This document shows positions 38,221-48,190 of a DNA stretch of 64,000 nt, piece by piece. The DNA lies in NCBI GenBank assembly GCA_965219265.1, contig OZ244730.1:1653529-1717528 (forward strand), read 5' to 3'. A program made the position numbers and the translations under genes. The first letter of the stretch is position 1. Every line of letters starts with the position of its first letter. The DNA is from Arenicellales bacterium. Its GTDB lineage: Bacteria; Pseudomonadota; Gammaproteobacteria; Arenicellales; JAJDZL01. Under the pieces are notes generated by a model. It made no database searches and had not been told where the DNA came from. It saw only the letters and a list, made by a program, of their open reading frames with translations.

Positions 38221-38492
38221 AAAATATTAATTTTGTTTGCAAATATTCGACATCACAGAATGAACCTTGACCACATTCTCACGCCAAGTTCAACCGAAAA
38301 GATTATAAAATTGAATTTGCATGCACCTGCTGCATAACTCAACTTAGTATAAGGCTGGTGACTTTATTGTAACATACCGCCTGCGGGCAACGTGCTGATT
38401 GTCACTAGTTCCGCGGGGATATTAGCCCTCATAACCGCCATATTCTTTAACCGTCTTCCGCCTTATACAGCACTGATTTGAGCTACGTCAAC

Positions 38493-40481
38493 ATGCAGAG
38501 AAAAATTCTGGCTACCAGCGCCTTGCCCTACGCCAACGGACCGATTCACCTCGGCCACATGGTGGAATACATTCAGACCGATATCTGGGTGCGGTTTCAA
38601 CGAATGATGGGCAATCAGTGTTATTTTGTATGCGCTGACGATGCTCACGGCACTCCAATCATGTTGCGTGCTAGAAGCGAGAACATCTCTCCGGAGCAAT
38701 TAATCCAGCATTACAAAAAGGAACATGAAAAAGACTTTGCCGATTTCAACATAGGATTCGACAACTATCACTCTACTCACTCGCAAGAAAATCGAGAGCT
38801 GGCCGAATACATTTACCTTCAACTGAAAAAAGGCGGACATATTCATCGAAAAACAATCTCTCAAGCCTACGATGCCAAGGAGAATCTCTTTCTTCCAGAT
38901 CGATTCGTCCGAGGTGAATGCCCGCGCTGTGGCGCAACAGACCAGTACGGGGATAGTTGTGAACGTTGCGGCGCCACTTATTCACCTTCCGATTTGAAGA
39001 ATCCTGTATCGGTTCTGTCGGGTCTCCCGCCAGAACTGCGGGAATCAGAACACCTGTTTGTACGTCTGAGCGACTTTACCGATATGCTGCAAGAGTGGGT
39101 GTCCAGCGAACTGGCTCAAACCGAAGCCAAGAACAAACTGAAGGAGTGGTTTGATGCGGGGCTGACAGATTGGGACATTTCACGCGATGCACCATATTTC
39201 GGATTTGAAATTCCTGAAGAAGTAGACAAATACTTTTATGTCTGGCTGGATGCACCCATTGGCTACATTGCCAGTTTCAAGAATCTGTGCGAGCGCGAAA
39301 ATATTGATTTTGACGCCTACTGGAAAGACGACTCGCAAACCGAGGTCTACAATTTCATTGGCAAGGATATCCTGTATTTTCACACTCTGTTCTGGCCAGC
39401 AATGCTGCACGGAGCCGGATTTCGCAAGCCGACAGATGTTTTCACGCATGGATTTCTCACGGTCAACGGCAAGAAAATGTCGAAATCACGCGGCACTTTC
39501 ATCATGGCCCGTACCTACCTGGATCACCTTGACCCGGAATATTTGCGCTACTACTACGCAGTCAAACTCAATGAGCGAATTGAAGATCTGGATCTGAATC
39601 TGGAAGATTTCATTCAACGAATTAATTCAGATCTGGTCGGCAAAGTTGTCAACATCGCCAGTCGTTGCTCCAAATTCATAACCGGAAAATTTGCTGGCAG
39701 GCTGAGCTCAGAACTTGACAATCCCGAGCTTTACAAGGAGCTAACAGCAGCCAGCAAGATCATTGCCGACGCTTATGAAGGGCGATCTTTCAGCCGCGCC
39801 ATGAGAGAGATCATGGCTCTTGCCGATAAAGCCAATCAGTACGTCAATGACGAACAGCCCTGGGTTATCTCGAAAGATCCGTCTGCACGAGACAAACTGC
39901 ACAATGTTTGTACGCAAGGGATTAATATGTTTCGTGTTCTGATCTACTATCTGTCGCCAGTAGTTCCGCAACTTGCCGAACGCACAGCGGAATTTCTGAA
40001 CGACCCGATTGACCTTTGGAAACGTATTGATGAGCCTTTGCTGGATCACGAAATTTCCGGATTCGTGCATCTGTTGCAAAGAATCCAGAAAAAGGACGTG
40101 GATGCGATGTCCGAGGCTGCCATGGAACCAGATATTGAAACTCCGGCTGAGAAAAACGATGAGATTTCCATTGAAGATTTCGCCAAAATCGACATGCGCA
40201 CCGCTCGCATACTTGAGGCCGAAGATGTTGAAGAATCAAACAAGCTGATCAGGCTAAAGGTGGACCTGGGTACGGAAACCAGACAAGTATTCGCAGGGAT
40301 TAAAGGCTTTTACGAGCCCGAAGCGCTTATTGGACGAAAAATAGTGATCGTAGCCAATCTGGCACCTAGGAAAATGAAATTTGGTAATTCCGAGGGCATG
40401 ATTCTGGCGGCTGGCGATGACGAAGGTTTGTGGTTAATCGACCCGGGAGATGAAGTTGAGCTCGGGCAACGAGTCAACTAG
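38493..40481 (+). CDS. metG: Methionine--tRNA ligase
   Basis: [11 protein letters not shown], zinc knuckle, KMSKS, C-terminal tRNA-binding domain. Confidence 0.98.
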   Translation: MQRKILATSALPYANGPIHLGHMVEYIQTDIWVRFQRMMGNQCYFVCADDAHGTPIMLRARSENISPEQLIQHYKKEHEKDFADFNIGFDNYHSTHSQENRELAEYIYLQLKKGGHIHRKTISQAYDAKENLFLPDRFVRGECPRCGATDQYGDSCERCGATYSPSDLKNPVSVLSGLPPELRESEHLFVRLSDFTDMLQEWVSSELAQTEAKNKLKEWFDAGLTDWDISRDAPYFGFEIPEEVDKYFYVWLDAPIGYIASFKNLCERENIDFDAYWKDDSQTEVYNFIGKDILYFHTLFWPAMLHGAGFRKPTDVFTHGFLTVNGKKMSKSRGTFIMARTYLDHLDPEYLRYYYAVKLNERIEDLDLNLEDFIQRINSDLVGKVVNIASRCSKFITGKFAGRLSSELDNPELYKELTAASKIIADAYEGRSFSRAMREIMALADKANQYVNDEQPWVISKDPSARDKLHNVCTQGINMFRVLIYYLSPVVPQLAERTAEFLNDPIDLWKRIDEPLLDHEISGFVHLLQRIQKKDVDAMSEAAMEPDIETPAEKNDEISIEDFAKIDMRTARILEAEDVEESNKLIRLKVDLGTETRQVFAGIKGFYEPEALIGRKIVIVANLAPRKMKFGNSEGMILAAGDDEGLWLIDPGDEVELGQRVN

Positions 40482-40483
40482 GT

Positions 40484-41146
40484 TTGAGCATGCATGGCAC
40501 CCGCACTGTATCGGTTGGGGAGATAGATCAATGTTTGCCTCAGACGCAGTGCACGATGTGCGGATTTCCGAGATGCCTGGATTATGCCGAGGCGCTTTGC
40601 CGCGATGAAACCGACATCAATCGCTGTCCTCCTGGTGGCGATTCGACGATACACGCGCTAGCCGAAATACTAGACAGGACGATAAAGCCGCTCGCGGACG
40701 ACTGTGAATCGTTTTCGGGTCGACAAGTTGCAAGAATTCAGGAAGAAAACTGCATTGGCTGTACGCTCTGTATCGCACCGTGCCCTGTGGATGCGATTAT
40801 TGGTGCATCAAAGTTCATGCACAGCGTACTGGCCGAAGAGTGTACCGGATGCAGGCTATGTGTTGAGTATTGTCCGGTCGATTGCATTGAATTGATTGAC
40901 TGGAGCGGTGAAATCTCTGGAAGTTTCTGGCAAGAATTTCGAGATGATGAAATTTCACGATGGCGAGACCTGACTGAGCGTCGCCAACAACGCTACACTT
41001 GTAATATCGAGAAACCGGGTTTCATTCCAGAATCCGAAGATATGAAAATGCAGATTCGAAGTGCAGTGAATCGAGAACGTTCCAAAAGATGGAAGAAATT
41101 CAGACGCTCCGCAAGCAAATCCAAATCGCTGGGGTCAGCAACATGA
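40484..41146 (+). CDS. rnfB: RnfB/RsxB-like Fe-S protein
   Basis: LPQTQC..CG..C, CPPGG, two CxxCxxCxxxCP clusters. Confidence 0.85.
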   Translation: MSMHGTRTVSVGEIDQCLPQTQCTMCGFPRCLDYAEALCRDETDINRCPPGGDSTIHALAEILDRTIKPLADDCESFSGRQVARIQEENCIGCTLCIAPCPVDAIIGASKFMHSVLAEECTGCRLCVEYCPVDCIELIDWSGEISGSFWQEFRDDEISRWRDLTERRQQRYTCNIEKPGFIPESEDMKMQIRSAVNRERSKRWKKFRRSASKSKSLGSAT

Positions 41147-41790
41147 ATGCATCCAAGCGCCGTGAAATATTTACGCGGTTTCTCGAAGCAAATCCAGACC
41201 CTAGAACCGAACTGCATTACAAAAATACATTTGAACTGCTGATTGCAGTCGTTCTGTCTGCTCAATCTACAGACAAAGCTGTAAATGCAGCAACCGTTCA
41301 TTTGTTTGAGAAAGCACCCGACCCACGCTCCATGCTTGAACTCGGACTTCCGAGAGTGAAGGATCTCATCAAAACAATCGGTCTATATAACAACAAAGCC
41401 AAAAATCTGATTGAGATTAGCAGACTGTTGCTGGAGAAACATGACGGTGAAGTGCCGGATAGCCGCAAAGCGTTGACTGCGCTGCCAGGAGTCGGCCGCA
41501 AAACCGCCAATGTAATTTTGAATACAGCTTTTGGGCAACCAACCATGGCAGTTGACACCCATATTTTCAGAATTTCCAATCGTATTCCAATCGCACCGGG
41601 TAAAAACGTCGAAGAAGTGGAAAATAATCTTTTGAAAACCATTCCTAAAGAATTTCTGATCGACGCTCACCATTGGTTGATTCTGCATGGACGATACACC
41701 TGTACTGCCCGCAAGCCTCTGTGTGACTCGTGCATCATTTACGACTTGTGTGAGTATCCAGGCCGTAAACTCAGTAATTTGGGTCAATAA
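41143..41790 (+). CDS. nth: Endonuclease III
   Basis: LSAQSTD, LPGVGRKTANV, VDTH, CxxxxxxCxxCxxxxxC. Confidence 0.97.
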   Translation: MNASKRREIFTRFLEANPDPRTELHYKNTFELLIAVVLSAQSTDKAVNAATVHLFEKAPDPRSMLELGLPRVKDLIKTIGLYNNKAKNLIEISRLLLEKHDGEVPDSRKALTALPGVGRKTANVILNTAFGQPTMAVDTHIFRISNRIPIAPGKNVEEVENNLLKTIPKEFLIDAHHWLILHGRYTCTARKPLCDSCIIYDLCEYPGRKLSNLGQ

Positions 41791-41798
41791 GCCTCGAC

Positions 41799-42236
41799 AT
41801 GCCTGACGATTCCGAACAAAGACAGTTTTTCTTTGATGTTTGGGAGAAATCCCAAAAAAATCAAAAATTGAATAGTATTGAAAGACAGGTTCAGAAGATT
41901 ATCGAAATGCATCCAGAAGTGCACAGCGTATTGTCACATCCGGAAATATTTTCCACACATGAATTTGACCAGAACGAACCGGACCCGTTCGCTCATCTGG
42001 GTTTTCATTCCATCGTTATCGAAATGATCGGCGATGACTCGCCACAAGGCATTCGATCGATCTATGATCAGTGGATTGCTCGTACAGACAACAAACACCA
42101 TGTTCAGCACCAACTCATGTCGACTGTGTTTGACTGGTTGATTGAATCTGCCCGCAATGATATAGATTCAACTGATAATATTGAACTGCTTAACAAAATT
42201 GAGAATCAATATTTATCCGACATCTCCAACGATTGA
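41799..42236 (+). CDS. DUF1841-like protein
   Basis: RQFFFDVW.K...MHPE.H...DPF.HLG.H pattern. Confidence 0.65.
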   Translation: MPDDSEQRQFFFDVWEKSQKNQKLNSIERQVQKIIEMHPEVHSVLSHPEIFSTHEFDQNEPDPFAHLGFHSIVIEMIGDDSPQGIRSIYDQWIARTDNKHHVQHQLMSTVFDWLIESARNDIDSTDNIELLNKIENQYLSDISND

Positions 42237-42267
42237 CCTGCGTAGATTGGAATTCAATTTATCGTTT

Positions 42268-42295
42268 GGAACATTTGTAGTTTGAGGATGTCATA
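42268..42295 (+). promoter_or_regulatory. Possible ECF-sigma promoter of the RiPP cluster
   Basis: GGAAC-N17-GTCA about 60 bp upstream of the precursor gene. Confidence 0.25.
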
Positions 42296-42354
42296 GCAAG
42301 TTGTAATAATAATTTAATTTTACAGATTTTCGCTCAATATCAAGGAGTAATTAC

Positions 42355-42615
42355 ATGGATTTTCAAAAAACACTTATCTCTGCTGCAATTTCCGGTGCAC
42401 TGGCACTAGGGACTCTATCCCTTTCCAGCACCGTAAACGCTGAAGAAAAGGAAAGATGTTACGGTGTTGCCAAAGCTGGCCATAACGACTGTCAGACTGC
42501 AAACAGTTCATGTGCCGGTACATCCACTGTGGATAACCAAGGTGATGCGTTTGTCGCACTTCCAAAAGGAGTGTGCGATAAACTCGCCGGCGGAACCATG
42601 GAGCCGCAATCATAA
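42355..42615 (+). CDS. DUF2282 signal-peptide RiPP precursor (BufA1-like)
   Basis: Signal peptide; ERCYGVAKAGHNDC...CAG...PKGVCDKLAGG with four Cys; AAGGAG RBS. Confidence 0.9.
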   Translation: MDFQKTLISAAISGALALGTLSLSSTVNAEEKERCYGVAKAGHNDCQTANSSCAGTSTVDNQGDAFVALPKGVCDKLAGGTMEPQS

Positions 42616-42649
42616 TTGTTACAAAATTTTTAACAAATATGTAACAAAA

Positions 42650-43501
42650 ATGTCCACGAACCCGATTCCAGCAAACGCGATTGGAATCGGGTTGCGTGGC
42701 GAACACTATCAGGAAGTATCAACTGGTTCCCCAAAGGTAGACTGGTTTGAGGTACATAGCGAAAACTACTTCGGTCAGGGAGGCATCGCACATACCTGTC
42801 TGTCGAAGGTTCGCGACAGCTATCCGCTAAGCTTCCACGGTGTCGGTTTGTCGATCGGTTCGACAGACTCTCTCAATCAAGTCCATCTCGCTAGGCTCAA
42901 AGAGCTCATAGATCAATATCAGCCAGCTCTTGTCTCTGAACACCTGTCATGGAGTTCTGTCGAAGGCATCTATCTGCATGATCTTTTGCCATTGCCGATG
43001 ACGAGTGAAGTAATTCAACATCTTGTAAATCGAATACAACAGATTCAAGAATACTTGGGGCAGCGGATACTGGTTGAAAATGCATCAAGCTATCTTGAAT
43101 TCACACATTCGCATATGCCGGAGTGGGAATTTATCAGTGAGATTGCGCGACAAAGCGGATGCGGCTTGCTGCTTGACATCAATAATGTTTTCGTAAACGC
43201 CTGCAACCACAATTTTGATCCATTCGAGTATATTTCTGGAGTTTCGCCCGAACTGGTGGGTGAAATGCATGTCGCAGGACATACCGTAAAAAAGCTTTCA
43301 AACGGTGAAATACGTATCGATTCGCATGACCAAAGAGTTTGCGATGAAGTCTGGGACTTGTACAAGTTTGCAATTCAGCGCTATCGTCATGCACCGACTC
43401 TGATCGAATGGGACAAAAATCTGCCCGATTTTTCGGTGCTGCTTGATGAAGCCAAGATTGCCCGATCCCATCAAATCGAGTTTCGCCATGCAACTGCGTG
43501 A
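42650..43501 (+). CDS. DUF692 multinuclear non-heme iron oxidase (BufB/MbnB family)
   Basis: GIGLR..H, EVHSENY, HGVGLS, SEHL, LVEN, LLDINNVFV, E.HVAGH, IEWD. Confidence 0.93.
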   Translation: MSTNPIPANAIGIGLRGEHYQEVSTGSPKVDWFEVHSENYFGQGGIAHTCLSKVRDSYPLSFHGVGLSIGSTDSLNQVHLARLKELIDQYQPALVSEHLSWSSVEGIYLHDLLPLPMTSEVIQHLVNRIQQIQEYLGQRILVENASSYLEFTHSHMPEWEFISEIARQSGCGLLLDINNVFVNACNHNFDPFEYISGVSPELVGEMHVAGHTVKKLSNGEIRIDSHDQRVCDEVWDLYKFAIQRYRHAPTLIEWDKNLPDFSVLLDEAKIARSHQIEFRHATA

Positions 43502-44261
43502 ACTACAGCAGCAGTTTGCTCAAGAAGTTCTGTTCAGCACTGCTACAGATTTGCGAGAGACCATTCAACCGCACGGGATTGAGCCACATCGCCGACTTCA
43601 GATTTACAAAAACAATATCGACTCCACACTTGCAGAGTCCTTGCAGAACGTATTTCCAGTTACATGTGCGATTGTGGGAGAGGAGTTCTTCAAATTTGCA
43701 GCCCGCAAGTATTTGGCTGAAAACCCGCCCACATCAGGCAACCTGCACGACTACGGCAAGCGTTTTCCTGAATTCATTGGGGCGATGAAAGAACTAGCTG
43801 AAATGGCCTATGTAGCTGATGTCGCTAGAATAGACTGGGCATGCCATGCGGCATTTCATTCCGCCGCAACAGCGCCGGTTCAACTGAATGTTCTGACTCA
43901 GTTCGCTTCAGAAGATCATGAGCGCTTAGTGCTTGTTCTGCATCCATCGGTAACCGCTATTTCGTCATCTTTTCCGATTTTCGATATCTGGAACTTTACC
44001 GGGCAACGCTCCGGTGAAGGAGAAGTTCCTGATATTTATTCAGGTGGCCAATCGGTGGTCATATTGCGCAACGACGATGAAACGAAAGTAATTCATATTG
44101 ATGATGGATTGAATTTCTTCATCAACCAGATTGAACAACAAAATACGCTTGGAGTGATAATTCCAAGTTTACTGGAAGCAAAACCAGACTACAATTTACA
44201 GTCTGGACTGCATAGAATATTTGAAATTGGTGCAATTGCAAAAGTTACTGTAATTAGGTAG
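43488..44261 (+). CDS. DUF2063 partner protein (BufC-like)
   Basis: LQQQFA, RLQIYKNN, FP....VGEEFF, YG..FP.F, D.ARIDWA. Confidence 0.9.
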   Translation: MQLRELQQQFAQEVLFSTATDLRETIQPHGIEPHRRLQIYKNNIDSTLAESLQNVFPVTCAIVGEEFFKFAARKYLAENPPTSGNLHDYGKRFPEFIGAMKELAEMAYVADVARIDWACHAAFHSAATAPVQLNVLTQFASEDHERLVLVLHPSVTAISSSFPIFDIWNFTGQRSGEGEVPDIYSGGQSVVILRNDDETKVIHIDDGLNFFINQIEQQNTLGVIIPSLLEAKPDYNLQSGLHRIFEIGAIAKVTVIR

Positions 44262-44302
44262 TGATTCTCCGCAACATAAACAAAAAGGAATCAGTTTGAA
44301 CT

Positions 44303-44770
44303 ATGTTTAAAGACTCAGCCATTGGAAAATACTGTCATCAAATTTTGTGCGTGCTTGAATGCGGCACACCAATTGCCGATTTACTGTTGAGACTTTGGGT
44401 GGCAAACGTATTTTGGAAATCAGGTCTGACCAAAATCGCCAATATCGATTCAACCATGTACTTGTTCGAGTACGAGTATGTTGTTCCCATCATACCTTTT
44501 GAATTAGCGGCGTATATGGCAATTGCGGTTGAACTGACTCTTCCGGTCCTGCTCGTATTCGGACTCGCAGGAAGGGTGGCAGCAGGCATATTGTTCCTCT
44601 TTAATATCGTTGCTGTAATCTCTTATCCAACTTTGAATCCCGCGGGAATTGTGCAACACCAGGTATGGGGAATTATGCTTCTGGTACTTCTGCTTCGCGG
44701 TCCTGGAAAGATTTCGATTGATCATTTCATTCGAAAGCGGTTTATGAATACAACGGGCAAACTTTGTTGA
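44303..44770 (+). CDS. DoxX family membrane protein (BufD-like)
   Basis: LRLWVA.VFWKSG..K, ELTLPVLLVFGL.GR, GPGKISID. Confidence 0.9.
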   Translation: MFKDSAIGKYCHQILCVLECGTPIADLLLRLWVANVFWKSGLTKIANIDSTMYLFEYEYVVPIIPFELAAYMAIAVELTLPVLLVFGLAGRVAAGILFLFNIVAVISYPTLNPAGIVQHQVWGIMLLVLLLRGPGKISIDHFIRKRFMNTTGKLC

Positions 44771-44777
44771 TTCACTT

Positions 44778-45800
44778 ATGAAATCCATGCCGTCAATCCT
44801 GACGGAAGCGCACTATCCAAAAAATGGAAACGGCGCATCACAGTCAAACTTCAATTTCTATTCCACTCTTCTCAGAAATGGATTCCAGGAGCTGAGAAGA
44901 TCTCAGATTCGCGATGTCCAAGTGAATGTCGGCAAGCTTTGCAATCAAGCTTGCAATCACTGCCATGTCGATGCAGGTCCGAAAAGAACCGAAATCATGA
45001 CCTGGGACACCATGCAGAGAATCATTGAATGGTGCACGGTCCATTCAATCGAAACCATTGACATCACCGGCGGCGCGCCGGAACTCAATCCGAATTTTCG
45101 ACGCTTTGTTGAAGCGTTTGTAAGCAATCAGTCAAAAGTTCTGTCGCGGTGCAATTTGACAGTGCTGTTGGAACCGGGACAGGAAGATCTCGCGGAATGG
45201 TATGCGGCTCATGGCGTCGCTCTGATCTGCTCCTTACCCTGTTATACAAAAGAAAATCTTGAATCCCAGCGCGGGAAAGGCGTGTTTGAGCAAAGCATTC
45301 TCGCATTGCAGCGATTGAACGAATTAGGATACGGTGTTAACCCTGATCTTCCTTTGGATCTCGTCTACAATCCAGCTGGAGCTTTCCTGCCTCCATCACA
45401 GCGGGACCTGGAAGCAACTTACAAGCTGCGTCTTGCCGAAGATTTTAAGATCCAGTTCAACAGTCTTTATACGATCACCAATTTACCGATCAGTCGCTTT
45501 CGACACTTCCTCGAAAGGAATGGTGAATATGATTCCTACTTGAATTTACTTTCAGAAAACTTCAATCCCGACACTGTTGCAGGCCTGATGTGCAGACACA
45601 TCATCAGCGTTGACTGGCTGGGCCGAATTTTTGATTGCGATTTCAATCAAATGCTAAATATTCATGCGGGATGGAAAAAGCCGAGATATTTGTGGGAAAC
45701 TCGGGCAGGCGATATTGCAAATGAAGCCATTGCAGTTGATTCACACTGTTTCGGTTGTACAGCCGGTGCAGGAAGCAGTTGCACCGGGGTGCTCACTTAA
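44778..45800 (+). CDS. arsS: ArsS-like radical SAM protein (DUF3641 C-terminus)
   Basis: CNQACNHCH, DITGGAPE, CDFNQM, HCFGCTAGAGSSC. Confidence 0.85.
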   Translation: MKSMPSILTEAHYPKNGNGASQSNFNFYSTLLRNGFQELRRSQIRDVQVNVGKLCNQACNHCHVDAGPKRTEIMTWDTMQRIIEWCTVHSIETIDITGGAPELNPNFRRFVEAFVSNQSKVLSRCNLTVLLEPGQEDLAEWYAAHGVALICSLPCYTKENLESQRGKGVFEQSILALQRLNELGYGVNPDLPLDLVYNPAGAFLPPSQRDLEATYKLRLAEDFKIQFNSLYTITNLPISRFRHFLERNGEYDSYLNLLSENFNPDTVAGLMCRHIISVDWLGRIFDCDFNQMLNIHAGWKKPRYLWETRAGDIANEAIAVDSHCFGCTAGAGSSCTGVLT

Positions 45801-46103
45801 CTTTCAAAAATTCCCTATGTTGCCGCCGCACTTATAGCCGAGTGGCACAATTGCGGTCGTTCCCCGGAATTTTCTTTCCCGATACAGACGACTTTCTTTC
45901 TGATAGTCGGGTTAATATGCTCAAACCGCTTGACGGGTGTAATTGAAAGACTACAGCAATTGCATCACCGTGAAGAGGTTGTGTTGGACGAAATGGACAA
46001 ACGCTTACCAAGCAGAGGAACAGATTGTGGAACAGGTTCTCAAGCTGAGCGAAATCCTTGGTCGATACTGGGCTCAGAGCAAGAACTGCCAGGTGATATG
46101 TGA

Positions 46104-47363
46104 TTAAAAATTGTACGTCAGGGCCAGTGCGACGTAACTGTCATTTCGTGAGCCATAGACAATTTTATCTTTTTTATCGGCTTCGAGGAATTCAACCCAC
46201 TCAACATCCAACTCCCATTGATCCGACAGCCGCCGATCAAATTCAATAGTCAGAGTGCTTGTATCAAGTTCTGTGTCTTTCACGGCTGCAACGGTAATTG
46301 CTGTATTCTGCACGTCATTGAACATGAATCTCCCAGCAAGAAAAAAATCATTATTCAAATCATCCGTCGAATTCGCTCCTCGTTCATCTTTGTTCCACTC
46401 ACCCAACAGCGTCAAATCGACAGCTGAATCAAATATCGAATAAAACGTATATTCTCCACCGAGGATATACGCAGCGTAATCATTTTCCCTGCCGATCAAG
46501 TCACGGCCACCGGTTCGGCGAATGGCTTCAAGTTTAAACAGCCAGGAACCTGCGACCATCAAAGCATCCAAGCCGAATTGCTGAATTTGCTCATAGTACG
46601 GAATCAGAATATCCTCATCGTGGCTGCTCGGACTCAGATTAGGTTCACGGCTCGTGCCATCGAATACGCTTACTCCAATATCGGCAGACCCGATTGAATG
46701 ACTGTAGCGGGCAGCCCAATCCACATGTTTCTGTTCTGCTCCATTCTCGTATGTTGCCAGCTTGTTGTCCACAACTAATTGCGACCGAAGGCGTCCGCCA
46801 CGACCCGGAAATGTGCGCAATCTATGATGCGGCATACCAAAAATTTCCGCCACACCCCAATCTCCCGAAAAAGTGAGATGCGCCATGAGCTGACCCAATT
46901 TAATCTCATCATACGGATGTTCGACAAGATCCGTCTGATTGACAATATCGACCAAGTGATTGGATTCGGCTACACCCCAGAACACCCGATCTATACCAAG
47001 ACGCAACTCCCATTCACTGGCCTCTCCCGCCTCTCCAAACAAAAGAAAATACGCTTCGCGCAAATCACCATGCGATCGATTGCTGTCTGCACTGTCAATG
47101 CGGAAGAACGGCACGAGATTGAAACTCCAGCCACTGCCCTGCGCACTCTCGAAATAAACCTCCGGTTCCATGACGATGCTGCCGGTACTGCGATTTTGGT
47201 CGGGATCTAGAGCAGGTTCGGTAAACGATCGGCTTTCAATACCGATGCGCCCGGAAAACTCGAATTCAGAACCGGAATCAGCACTAGCGCAATATCCGAA
47301 GCCCGCAACTGAAATCCAGACTGCGCCGATTACAGCGCATCGCGGGACGATGCGACTCAGCAT
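46104..47363 (-). CDS. Outer membrane beta-barrel protein
   Basis: Signal peptide, beta-rich sequence, C-terminal YNF; TGATG coupling to upstream gene. Confidence 0.75.
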   Translation of the reverse strand: MLSRIVPRCAVIGAVWISVAGFGYCASADSGSEFEFSGRIGIESRSFTEPALDPDQNRSTGSIVMEPEVYFESAQGSGWSFNLVPFFRIDSADSNRSHGDLREAYFLLFGEAGEASEWELRLGIDRVFWGVAESNHLVDIVNQTDLVEHPYDEIKLGQLMAHLTFSGDWGVAEIFGMPHHRLRTFPGRGGRLRSQLVVDNKLATYENGAEQKHVDWAARYSHSIGSADIGVSVFDGTSREPNLSPSSHDEDILIPYYEQIQQFGLDALMVAGSWLFKLEAIRRTGGRDLIGRENDYAAYILGGEYTFYSIFDSAVDLTLLGEWNKDERGANSTDDLNNDFFLAGRFMFNDVQNTAITVAAVKDTELDTSTLTIEFDRRLSDQWELDVEWVEFLEADKKDKIVYGSRNDSYVALALTYNF

Positions 47364-48190
47364 CAACGCACTCGTCTCAATCCGGTCTTTGTGAAATCTT
47401 TGTCATCGAGGTCCGTTCGAAACTGGTAATCAACCCAGTTCAGAACAGTGCTTTTCCCAGACAAGTGATTCACCATGGACATTTTTGCTGCGCGCCAATA
47501 CTGATCCAAATATTGATCATAGTCATCCAACATGAGAGTTTTCAGATGTGCATCCTTTCGATCGTAATACTCTACTTTCCACGTCCGAAGCGTGTCACGG
47601 TCTTGCCAGATCAATTGTCGACGGTAACCCGATTTCTTGTCCGTGGGGGTGCGTTCAGTAACGGTACACGTCAACTCACCGCAAGGCTCGTCACGCAAAT
47701 ACCGATAGGTAAACTTCTCCACTTCTTGAGGTGACATGTCTTCATAGGCAAATTCGCTACCCATGAAAGAGCCGGATCGATTGGACGTACTGATCCTCTT
47801 TACCCGTTTCAGAGCAGGCAAATAGAGCCATTGATCATCTGCCGATTCCCTGTGAGCATGAATCAGAAAAGCTGTTCCCTTGACATCTCGAGGCTCATCA
47901 AACACAAACAGGCTCTTGTCGCCATCCTCAGCAACCTCAAGAACTTTTACCCTAAGCTGGCGTTTGCTTTGCTGCCCTTGCTTATTACGCAAAATCATGA
48001 CTTGTTGAGCTGTAAAGTTACCAAAGCCTCTTTCGAGTGAACGGGCGTCCTGGGCAATCTTCAAACCGATTTCCTCCGCAGTAGCGCTTTGTGAATATGC
48101 AGGGGTCAGCGCATCAGACCAAATCCAAGCAGTGAAACAAAGCACAAAAATCAGAAGTGGCATTCGCGCTTTGCGGCAAACAAGAATCAT
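47363..48190 (-). CDS. Outer membrane lipoprotein-sorting (LolA-like) protein
   Basis: KSLFVFDEP.DVKGT..L, DDQWLYLPALKRVKRI, FMGSEFAYED. Confidence 0.85.
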   Translation of the reverse strand: MILVCRKARMPLLIFVLCFTAWIWSDALTPAYSQSATAEEIGLKIAQDARSLERGFGNFTAQQVMILRNKQGQQSKRQLRVKVLEVAEDGDKSLFVFDEPRDVKGTAFLIHAHRESADDQWLYLPALKRVKRISTSNRSGSFMGSEFAYEDMSPQEVEKFTYRYLRDEPCGELTCTVTERTPTDKKSGYRRQLIWQDRDTLRTWKVEYYDRKDAHLKTLMLDDYDQYLDQYWRAAKMSMVNHLSGKSTVLNWVDYQFRTDLDDKDFTKTGLRRVR

